From positions 93,934 to 117,933 of the forward strand of contig NZ_CANMDB010000012.1 of assembly GCF_947496515.1 (NCBI RefSeq): a stretch of DNA of 24,000 nucleotides, given 5' to 3'. The stretch is from an uncultured Roseobacter sp. (GTDB lineage Bacteria > Pseudomonadota > Alphaproteobacteria > Rhodobacterales > Rhodobacteraceae). The notes below the pieces were generated by a model, which did not search any database, had not been told where the DNA came from, and was given only the letters and a program-made list of their open reading frames with translations. The position numbers and the translations under genes are program-made. Positions within the stretch are counted from its first letter, which is position 1; each line of letters begins with the position of its first letter. This document shows, piece after piece, positions 7,055-15,153 of the stretch.

Positions 7055-10000
7055 ATGGACGCGACCATCGTTCACCTGAGCGACCTACATTTCAAGAATG
7101 ATGCTGAGAACCGCCTCCGTCTGCGCTGCTTGCGGACCGATCTGAAGAAGTTGGAGGCGGAGGGAACGATATACACGGTTCTTACCGGTGATCTCGTGAA
7201 TGCAGGCGATGACAACACGTTCGACCTGCTACTCGACGAGCTAGTCGGACCTTTGCTCGAAATGGGGCACGAGGTCTTCGTCGTCCCCGGAAACCACGAT
7301 GTTCAGCGCGCTGTTGCCGATCGATCCTTCTGCGATCGCATCCTCGCCGATCGTGCGAGCGGCTATTTGTTCACGGGAGAGCCCATCCTCGGGACGATCA
7401 CCCCGATCCCGTGTTTGACGTGCTGGCGAACTACCGCGACTTCGAAGAACTGTTTGGTCCCTACGATCAGCAGAGCTATTGGGGGTACACTGCCACTAGG
7501 GGATCGGTATCTTTCGTCGGGCTTAACTCCGCTTGGTTATGCTGCGCGCGCCCCAAGGGCGAAACCGATCGTGGCGCTTTGCGTGTCGAACCCGCCGTCT
7601 TGGAGAAGCTCGTCCAGAACCTGCCGGACGACACGCTTCGCGTGGCGCTGCTTCACCATCCGTTGGACTGGTTGGAAGAGACCACCCGCAGCGCTGTCAG
7701 CGACCTGCTTATCAACAACGCCGACCTCGTTCTCTTCGGTCACGTTCATGCTAACGATGTCGTTGGACAGATCAAGGGGAACGCGAAAAGCGTATTCCTC
7801 CAAGCGCCACCTCTCCGCGCTGATTGGTCCAAGGGGACAAATGGGTACGCGATCGTGCGGACTGATACCGAACACAAGAAGTTCGAGGTTCAATACCGGT
7901 CATACTCGAAGTCTCAGCGCACCTTCGTTTCTGGCGAGGATTTTGCGCCCACTGGCCGCATGTATCCTCGCCCTGAGGACGCAGACTTCTTTCGGAACTC
8001 GCCCCCGCTTTCCGCCCTCCTTCGCCGGTTTGCCGAAACCGAGTCCGTCGACTACCTCGACTGGTATCGGACCCACATCCGCTCTAAGTCGAAGGTGACG
8101 GGGTCGTTCGTGATTCCCAAGGTTCATCACGTTACTGCATCGCAGGAAGGACCTTTTCTCGATCCGCCGCAGTCTTTGACCCACGTCGTCGCCCAATCGG
8201 CATGCGACCAGTTTTTCGTTGCGCCGCTTGACGCGGGCTCCACGACGGCCGCATACCTCACATTCAAGCATCTCTCCGAGACGTTCTCGGTTCATCGCCA
8301 GGTGCCGGCGTACTTCGACGCCGGTCGAGAATCTATCAACAAGGCATCGATCCTTCGCAAGATCAGCCAGACGACCCCCATCCGCTACTCCCACATGGAA
8401 GCTGAGCAGCTGGTCGATGAGGCTGCTGTTGTCGTGGTCGTCGATGGGCTGTGTCTAGGTGATGTCGAACAGTTCAACTTGTTCCGTGACACCGTCGACC
8501 GGCATTTACCGAACATCCGTTTTCTCTACTTCCTAAGCACGGAGCGGCGCGGCCTGTCGCCCACCGGCGTGGGCGAACCGCGCCTCTATTCCAGTGAAGA
8601 CGAGATATACGAGTTTGCCCAACTCGATGTTGACGGCATTCGATCCATGATTGCGATCCGGATTCCCGACAAGGCCGAGGCGGTGCGAGAGGGCGTCGTC
8701 AGCCACGTCGTCGAAAGCTTTCGACAGATGGACGAGCCGATCTTCGCAAGCACCGTCGCTGTGGTGATCGACACCATAACCCAAGATCCGGAATTCAAGC
8801 CACTTAACAAGGCCCGGCTGATCGAGCGATACGTCGAATGCCTCTTGGGACGGTTCGATCTGGAAGACGTGCGAGAGGGGGCGTTCTCGTCGAGCGACAA
8901 GATCAACTTCCTCGCATTCGTGGCGCGTCAGTTGCTGGAGGAGAACCGAGTGGGAATGGACGAGGGTCGATGGCATGGGCTGGTCTCGACTTATCAGGCC
9001 CGTTTCCTTATCGAGCTTCCCCGCCAGCTGCTGAAGGAATTTTTGGACAAAGGCCTTCTGACGATGGAAGGAGGCGAGATCACCTTCCGAGGTGACCATC
9101 TGTTCTCGTTCTTCGTGGCGCAAGAAATGAAGCGTGACGCCGATTTTGCTGCATCCCTTGTCGAGGGTCCGGGTCTGTTTCGGCATTACAGGGAGATCAC
9201 GGTCTACGGTGAACTGGAAGGCACAAATGTCGCCAAGGTGCTCAATGGTGTTTTCCAGGAACTCTGCGCCATAGAAGAGACCCTTCTTGAAAATTATTCG
9301 CGTATCGGCGTCGACCTGACGGCAGAATGGGTGGCCGCGTGCAACGAGGCTGAGGCTAAGGCCGTCTCGGAGTCCCTCGACGAAGCGGCCGCGGGTCTAG
9401 GCACGGCGGATGCCACCGCTGAAGGAGCCGATCGACACGACAACGCGGAGCTTGCGAAGATCGACCGTCGTCGTGGCGTCTCCGAGCGTCAGGAAGTTCG
9501 GGAATCGGAAGCCAGACTCTTGGTCGGCATGCGGCTCTACGGACTACTGCTGAAGAACGCGCTGCACCTCGAGGCTCCATACAAGTTGCGTCATTTAAAA
9601 AAGCTCTATGAAGCGGCGGAACTGTGGGTCGGATTCATGTGCGCCGGCCGCGAAGCCATCGGTCGTCATCCGATCGTCATCGCAGGCGGCGTGCGCTTCA
9701 TAAATCTCGGGGCCATGGTGGACAAGGAACGATCCTACAGAGACTTCAAGTTCAACGCACCGAACACGGTGTCCCGACTGATCGCCGGCACGATGCGTAA
9801 TCCTCAGCTTTCCATCGCGATCAGGAACCTGATTGGCGATCTTGATCCGATGAGTCAGTTGTTTGCCCGTGATGTGCTGCTGGAGATGCCGGGTGATCAG
9901 AACAGGGACGCGTATCTCGGGTCGCTCAAGAGCGAGGAGGACATCAACCTTGTCATCTGCGCATTGCGAACGCTACGAATCCGATACCTTTCCGCCGGAC

Positions 10001-10149
10001 GAAATCAGGATCGCAGGAACTATCTGGAGAGTATCGTGAATGCGATTGCTAAAGACCCGCGCGTCGCAAGACGCGTCGACTTCTCAAAGCTCCGAAAGGC
10101 TCGCCTTGTTCAGGACTTGCGCGGAAAGGCAGCTCAAGGTATCGAATAG
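7055..10149 (+). CDS. Calcineurin-like metallophosphoesterase fused to a NACHT/STAND-type NTPase and a helical C-terminal domain; reading frame broken once near 7401 (ORF pieces 7055..about 7405 and 7411..10149)
   Basis: ATG 7055 lies behind GGAGA. All metallophosphoesterase (MPE) motifs are present, and they span the frame break: VHLSDLHF, TGDLVNAGD, VPGNHD | LLHHPL, FGHVHAN. STAND features follow: Walker A-like APLDAGSTTAAY (8221-8256), Walker B VVVVVDGL, STERRG, and the winged-helix signature KGLLTMEGGEITFRGDHLFSFFVAQEM. After that come about 400 aa of helical sequence with no obvious repeats. Adding one C to the C4 run at 7401-7404 gives the continuous reading GEPILGTITPDPVFDVLANYRDF. Confidence 0.8.
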
Positions 10150-10531
10150 CTTCTTCTCAAATTCCGCGACTAGTCCGTTATACAAACGTCTGTCTTGGGG
10201 AAGCTGCGCAGCGGCGTTGGCCATTGTGACGAACGGCCTCTGTGGGTGGCTCCTGCATTGCAAGTGTTTTCTGGTGATATTCGCGGTCATTTTTGTCAGT
10301 ACTGTCGTCTGTCCGGCCTGTTTATGTTTTGGCATTGCCTCCACTGGCCCTCCTTCTCGGGACATTGCTCCGCAATGCCCTGCCAGGCGGTGGATGAATT
10401 CCGCGAGCGAGGTTCCAATCGGCTTATCGACCTCAGAGGGCCGCTGCCATTCCCGGAGTGTCCTTGCTCTTGGTTGACTTAGTTCCGCATCATCACTTCA
10501 ACGTCTTGCATCGCGTGGGCAGTTGGCGTGG

Positions 10532-11524
10532 TTAGAACGCTGGCTGCCGGTATTCTTGTTTCTTGGTCAGTATCGCCCAGATGGTCCGGGCTGCCTTGTT
10601 TGCCATGGCGACCGTTGCCAGCCGGAACGGTTTGTCGGCGATAATCTTAGCGGTCCAAAGATCAACCTTCTCCGGCGAACGTTTCGCCATCACTGCGCGA
10701 GACGTCATGCCCACGACCAACAGTTTACGAATGTAGCGATCACCCTGCTTCGTGATCTTGCCAAGACGTTCCTTGCCGCCACTGGACTTGTTGAGCGGGG
10801 TCAGGCCCAACCAGGCCACCAAATCGCGCCCGGTGCGGAACTGTTTTGCGTCCCCGATCGTGGCGACAATCGCTGAGGCCGTGATCGGCCCAATCCCCGG
10901 CATGCGCATCAGCCAGCGCACATCTGAGCTCAGCAGGACATGTTGTTCGATCATCTTCGAATAGCCGTCGATACGTTCGTTTAGCCCGATGAATTGGTAG
11001 CACTGTATGCCAAGCATGCCGGTTGCGATCTCGGGCATGTCCGGGTGATCGCCATCAAGGTGACGCTTTGCAAAAGCCGTCACCGCTTCGATCCCGATGG
11101 GCAAGATATGCCCAAACTCGCGCAACAGGCTGCGGATCATATTGGCCAACTGAGTGCGCTGCCGGACGGCCAGATCTCGCGTGCGGTGGATTGACAGAAT
11201 GGCCTGCTGATTTTCCGTTTTGATATCGACAAAACGCATGGTCGGACGGCGGACCGCCTCGCAAATCGCTTCTGCGTCGACAGCATCGTTCTTTCCGCGC
11301 TTCACATAGGCTTTGACATATCCGGCAGGCATGAGCTTCACATCATGCCCGAGCTTGCGTAGTTGACGGCCCCAATGATGGGATGAACCGCAGGCTTCCA
11401 TGCCAACCGTGCACGGTGGCAACGTCTCAAAAAACGCCAGCAGCTTCGCGCGTTTGATCGCCTTGTTGAAGATCACACGGCCATTCTCCGAAATGCCGTG
11501 TACTTGAAAAACATCCTTGGCCAT
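10532..11524 (-). CDS. IS110-family transposase (DEDD/RuvC-like), N-terminus disrupted
   Basis: MAKDVFQVHGISENGRVIF...VGMEACGSSHHWGRQLRKLGHDVKLMPAGYVKAYVKRGKNDAVDAEAICEAV...MPGIGPITASAIVATIGDAKQFRTGRDLVAWLGLTPLNKSSGGKERLGKITKQGDRYIRKLLV is classic IS110 family. The ancestral start MTVKTVGVDL (ATG 11591, SD GGAG) lies 40 nt further upstream and out of frame. Confidence 0.88.
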   Translation of the reverse strand: MAKDVFQVHGISENGRVIFNKAIKRAKLLAFFETLPPCTVGMEACGSSHHWGRQLRKLGHDVKLMPAGYVKAYVKRGKNDAVDAEAICEAVRRPTMRFVDIKTENQQAILSIHRTRDLAVRQRTQLANMIRSLLREFGHILPIGIEAVTAFAKRHLDGDHPDMPEIATGMLGIQCYQFIGLNERIDGYSKMIEQHVLLSSDVRWLMRMPGIGPITASAIVATIGDAKQFRTGRDLVAWLGLTPLNKSSGGKERLGKITKQGDRYIRKLLVVGMTSRAVMAKRSPEKVDLWTAKIIADKPFRLATVAMANKAARTIWAILTKKQEYRQPAF

Positions 11525-11591
11525 CCCTCTCATTGACTGCTGCGCAATCAACTGCCGGTCAAAGATCCACGCCTACGGTCTTTACTGTCAT

Positions 11592-11800
11592 TGGGTGGCT
11601 CCTTTCCTAGCAGTCGTTGATAACTGCACTTTGGCACATTCGATGCCGGTGGAGCAGGAGCCACCCACCTCATCCGGAATGGGCCGCCCTTACATGCGCC
11701 AGTGTCGGCAGTCGGCGCTTTGCGGCTACTCGTGCAAGGTGCAGCATTCGGAGCTGTGGGCTCTCTTGAGACCTTCGCCGCAGGGTGCGTCAAGAAACGC
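11592..11800 (-). ncRNA. Candidate IS110 bridge (seeker) RNA region in the 5' non-coding end
   Basis: A perfect 10-bp inverted repeat, GGGTGGCTCC (11593-11602) / GGAGCCACCC (11657-11666), lies immediately upstream of the ancestral transposase start. IS110-group elements are known to encode a structured guide RNA in this position. The extent is a guess. Confidence 0.25.
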
Positions 11801-12083
11801 AGCGCGGACCAAGCCGTCATCCGATTTTGGCGCTTTGCTGACGCAGCATCCCTGCGCGCACGCGGCAAGTCTTTTGTTGCAGCGCGGCGCAAGTCATCGT
11901 TGCGGTCATTCGCGGGGATCGATTTTGCCCGAACCGACACCGCCCCTTCGCCGCAGCCAGGTCCGACAGGAACGGTTCGGACCTTGCCGACTTTCACTAG
12001 GATTGCCCGAATGGACGGTCCCAGGAACGCTGGTGGCAATGCTTCGAAACGGCCGCGCCTCAAAGAAAGCGGGTTCTGGTGCA

Positions 12084-12115
12084 CTTAAAAAGAAAGCGGC
12101 CTGACGCAGGGCCGC
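12084..12115 (-). terminator. Rho-independent terminator (minus strand)
   Basis: The minus strand reads GCGGCC-ctgcgtca-GGCCGC followed by TTTCTTTTT. It lies about 30 nt downstream of the small minus-strand ORF 12147..12329, at the transition between the GC-rich and AT-richer regions. Confidence 0.5.
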
Positions 12116-12146
12116 CAATCGGCACCCTACGTCATTTCTCCTAACA

Positions 12147-12329
12147 TCAGCCTTTCAAGGACAGCGCTGCATAGAGGATGGCCAACGAACCGTAGAGTTC
12201 TGGTTTGTCAGTTAAAATGCAACCAGAGCTGCGGCAGATACAAAGGCCAGCGTAAATTATGCGATGTGTCATAGCCTTCGCAATGGCAGCAGACGCTCTA
12301 GTCACGGTATTTTTTATTCGCTCATACAT
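12147..12329 (-). CDS. Small hydrophobic hypothetical protein (60 aa)
   Basis: MYERIKNTVTRASAAIAKAMTHRIIYAGLCICRSSGCILTDKPELYGSLAILYAALSLKG has two hydrophobic stretches. It is divergent from the HTH-TPR gene and is followed by a terminator. No recognisable SD and no family match. Confidence 0.3.
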   Translation of the reverse strand: MYERIKNTVTRASAAIAKAMTHRIIYAGLCICRSSGCILTDKPELYGSLAILYAALSLKG

Positions 12330-12448
12330 GATGTTTGACTTTCAAAGTTGAGCCAGGCCTGACAGTGTTTCGGGTAACCGGTTCTTAGGTGTTACCTACA
12401 ATCGCCTCGAAAAGAGTTCCGGAAAGTTCGGTCTTTCGGCGGGGTGCC

Positions 12449-13255
12449 ATGAATTCTTTTGGAGCAAGATTCGGCGTTTTGGTAAAAGACCGAAGGGGAG
12501 TCGAAGGGCTCACACAACAAGCTCTTTCTGTTCTGGCGTTCGGCGAAGAAGCAAAAAAAGCGCGCATCTCCGAGCTGGAAAACGGACGGATTAAGAACCC
12601 ACAGCAGCGGGTGATTGACGCTCTATCTGTTGCTCTGAATTTGTCAGATGACGATATCGCTTCTTGTCGAAAGCCGAGGGTTCCGGAACTACCCAGTGGG
12701 TATCCCGCAGAAATCGGCATGACCGATGAATTGGTTGAAGCCCTGTCATGGCGTTTCGGTTTTGAAAACCCAAAGGCTTCTTCAGAACAATATCAGCAGT
12801 TCCTCAGCGACAAGTCTGAGGAGCTAACAAACCTTCGTTCTCGTATAGGTACGATTGGCAAAACGAGTAAGAGTATCGCCAAAATGATGGCAGCTGCGAA
12901 CCATGAAATCGAACAAGGTCATTTCGAAGCGGCCGACGATATTCTTCGCGACGCAGAGGAGCTTCAGCAAAAAGAACACACTTTGACCCAGGTGAGAAAG
13001 CAGGCGGAAATCCGTATAGTACGCGCAGAAGGCGCGCTACTTAAAGGTGACGATGGGCTCGCGTATTCTCACTACAAAGTCGCTGCAGAATTCTTCACTC
13101 CGTTTGATCCAATCGAAGGAGCACGCCATAGGCGTAGCCATTATACAGCATTGTACGATCACGCTATGCGGTTTGGCGGCTCAGGACTAATATATGCAAC
13201 TGAACTCGCAGAGATTAATGTATCTTTATACGCGGCCTTGGATCAAAAGCCCTAA
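12449..13255 (+). CDS. XRE-family helix-turn-helix protein with helical/TPR-like extension; N-terminal part of an HTH-TPR gene ended by in-frame TAA 13253
   Basis: ATG 12449. MNSFGARFGVLVKDRRGVEGLTQQALSVLAFGEEAKKARISELENGRIKNPQQRVIDALSVALNLSDDDI is an XRE/Cro-type HTH (LTQxxLS...IsxlEnGr...P). The remainder is helical. Confidence 0.75.
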   Translation: MNSFGARFGVLVKDRRGVEGLTQQALSVLAFGEEAKKARISELENGRIKNPQQRVIDALSVALNLSDDDIASCRKPRVPELPSGYPAEIGMTDELVEALSWRFGFENPKASSEQYQQFLSDKSEELTNLRSRIGTIGKTSKSIAKMMAAANHEIEQGHFEAADDILRDAEELQQKEHTLTQVRKQAEIRIVRAEGALLKGDDGLAYSHYKVAAEFFTPFDPIEGARHRRSHYTALYDHAMRFGGSGLIYATELAEINVSLYAALDQKP

Positions 13256-13327
13256 CATGGCCGCGCGCTGAGCAATGTTGCTGTTTTTAAACAGCAGCGA
13301 GCACAAAGAGCTTCAGATGAGCGCAGC

Positions 13328-14062
13328 ATGGAGCTTTTCGTTGAGACGATTGCCGCTCACCGCGAAGCACTCGAACAATTGTCTAGTAAATCCCAAGTAA
13401 TTGAATGGGCTCAGGAGCAGGACAATCTCGGCATCACGTTGGTTAATCAGTCGTATCGGGTCTCTGCGGATCAGCGTCCTGAACTCGTTTCAAAGGCTGT
13501 TGCAGCTCACAAAGCGGCGATCTCGGTTCTATCGAGTGAAACTCATCCACTTGAATGGGCGAAGACACAAAACAACCTGGGTTCAAGCTTGCAAGCAAAA
13601 GCAGGTCTGGAGGAAGCGGTCGATTGCTCCAGATCCCTTGACCTTGCGATAAAAGCCCACAAAGCGGCCCTCAGTATTTTAGATTCCGGTTCTTCTTCAG
13701 ATGATCGGGTGCGCACGCTGAACAACCTTGCGACTGCTTTACTTCACCTTGGATCAATCACACATGGCCAGAAGGGACTTGAGTTACTGAATGAGGCAGT
13801 CAGGAGTTTTGAAGCTCTCTTGGATATCTGTACGCGCGAAACTCACCCCTTGGTTTGGGCTGTCGTTCAAGAGAACATTGCTCAGACTACTGAGGCGATA
13901 GTTGAGCGAGGAAACGCCGATTATCGTAGAAGCGGGTTACAGAGAGTCCTCGAATTATTGGACAATGCAATAACAATCTACGCAGAAGTCTCTGATGAAC
14001 ACCGTTTGAAGGAATGTTCCGAGCACCGGACGCTCGTGACGCAAAAGCTTGATAATGCTTAG
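13328..14062 (+). CDS. Tetratricopeptide-repeat (TPR_10/12-like) protein; same frame as 12449..13255 and open from 13256
   Basis: Repeats of about 42-44 aa: AHREALEQLS..VIEWAQEQDNLGITL, AHKAAISVLSSETHPLEWAKTQNNLGSSL, AHKAALSIL...RVRTLNNLATAL, SFEALLDICTRETHPLVWAVVQENIAQT. The codons between the TAA and ATG 13328 read HGRALSNVAVFKQQRAQRASDERS, which continues the repeat pattern. Confidence 0.75.
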   Translation: MELFVETIAAHREALEQLSSKSQVIEWAQEQDNLGITLVNQSYRVSADQRPELVSKAVAAHKAAISVLSSETHPLEWAKTQNNLGSSLQAKAGLEEAVDCSRSLDLAIKAHKAALSILDSGSSSDDRVRTLNNLATALLHLGSITHGQKGLELLNEAVRSFEALLDICTRETHPLVWAVVQENIAQTTEAIVERGNADYRRSGLQRVLELLDNAITIYAEVSDEHRLKECSEHRTLVTQKLDNA

Positions 14063-14389
14063 TTCAGATCGATTAGAAACGGCAGCCCAAAAAAACTGAC
14101 TTGTTTTAGCCGTACCCCGGAGATCAGACATTCGCGCAAGGCGCAGCAACCGACAATTTGGGCTCTCAATCAGCTTCCGCTGCTGCTAGGGCAAGTTTCC
14201 CCTCTTCGGGTGCTAACGGCAGCTCATTGCTAGGGACGCAACAAGATCAGTTACCGAGAGGCTTCACCGATGGTCGCTTATGGTTCATAGCTCCAATAGC
14301 CTTTCGGCAAGTGCGTTCTAAAGCAGTAAGCCCGCGGCAGTTATGCTGCCCGTTTCACAGGGAGTGGCCTCTTTTCCCTATCGGCTTGT

Positions 14390-15046
14390 TCAGCCGGATG
14401 TGGGACCAATGATACCTTCAATGCCGTCTAACAGCATGTCGAGTGTCGTATCGAAGGCGCTGTTTGGGGCTTTGGTCGCTTCACGCCCGAGAAGTGCCTT
14501 CACACGGGGGTACATATCTTCGGACAGGGCATCGATCTCGTTCAATATGTCCTGCGAAGGCGACCGGATCAGTCCACTGACCTCGGCCATCGCCAACCCA
14601 AGGACGCTGGCATATAGGCCGAAGCCCAGATCTCGAATGCGCTCTCGTGCAACGCCCGCAGTCGCCAGGGCTTCGAACACCAGCTCGATGTTTCTGTAAT
14701 CGGCGGAACCGGTTGCTGTGAACCGCATCAAAAGCGGCATCGTATTTGGATAATCAAGCGCGAGGTCTCGATATTGATGGCTTAGGTCTACAAGGCATTC
14801 CCGCCATGAAAGCCCAGTAGCAGGCGCACGCACCCTTGCGTTCAGCGCTTCCGCCATTGCCCGTTCCAAATCACGCTTTGATTTGAAGTGATAGAGGATC
14901 GCCATTGGATCGCACCCGACCCGTGCAGCCACCTTTCGGACGCTGAACTTATCTGCGCCGACCTCTTCCATCAGCGCAAGCGCAGCCTCAAGCATCGCGT
15001 CGACACCGAGGCCTCTTGGACCAGTCCGAGTAAATTTTTTCTGCAT
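14390..15046 (-). CDS. TetR/AcrR-family transcriptional regulator
   Basis: MQKKFTRTGPRGLGVDAMLEAALALMEEVGADKFSVRKVAARVGCDPMAILYHFKSKRDL is a TetR N-terminal HTH. The gene is divergent from an MFS transporter. The start (ATG 15046) has no clear SD, so it is moderately uncertain. Confidence 0.88.
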   Translation of the reverse strand: MQKKFTRTGPRGLGVDAMLEAALALMEEVGADKFSVRKVAARVGCDPMAILYHFKSKRDLERAMAEALNARVRAPATGLSWRECLVDLSHQYRDLALDYPNTMPLLMRFTATGSADYRNIELVFEALATAGVARERIRDLGFGLYASVLGLAMAEVSGLIRSPSQDILNEIDALSEDMYPRVKALLGREATKAPNSAFDTTLDMLLDGIEGIIGPTSG

Positions 15047-15047
15047 T

Positions 15048-15080
15048 GTAGAATTTCTACTTGCCCCTCTACGATGTAGA
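15048..15080. promoter_or_regulatory. Candidate TetR operator: two palindromes sharing GTAGA/TCTAC half-sites
   Basis: GTAGAAtTTCTAC (15048-15060) and TCTACgatGTAGA (15068-15080) lie in the 107-bp tetR-MFS intergenic region. Confidence 0.5.
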
Positions 15081-15153
15081 AATACATCCAGTTCCATCGA
15101 ACACAACCATAAACCGACGGCCACCTAGCTGCGGTCGAAGACTGGAGACTACG

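Larger units (their letters stand above)
10532..11800 (-). mobile_element. IS110-family insertion sequence (element ends not resolvable from this sequence alone)
   Basis: Transposase gene plus a structured upstream non-coding region. IS110 elements lack classical terminal IRs, so the boundaries given are approximate. The 3' end lies somewhere in 10150-10531 and the 5' end somewhere in 11700-12085. Confidence 0.5.

Noticed and set aside
8533-9186. 217-aa minus-strand ORF inside the STAND gene
   Set aside because: It is antisense to a frame carrying NACHT landmarks, and nothing independent supports it.
10040-10482. ORFs of 93-145 aa between the STAND gene stop and the IS110 transposase
   Set aside because: They are Cys/Leu-rich or overlap the STAND 3' end and have no start signals. 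The region probably contains the IS110 3' end and target flank.
11517-12104. ORFs of 128-195 aa on both strands in the GC-rich region upstream of the IS110 transposase
   Set aside because: They are overlapping Arg/Ala/Pro-rich frames on both strands with no start signals or motifs. The region is more likely non-coding IS end or remnant DNA.
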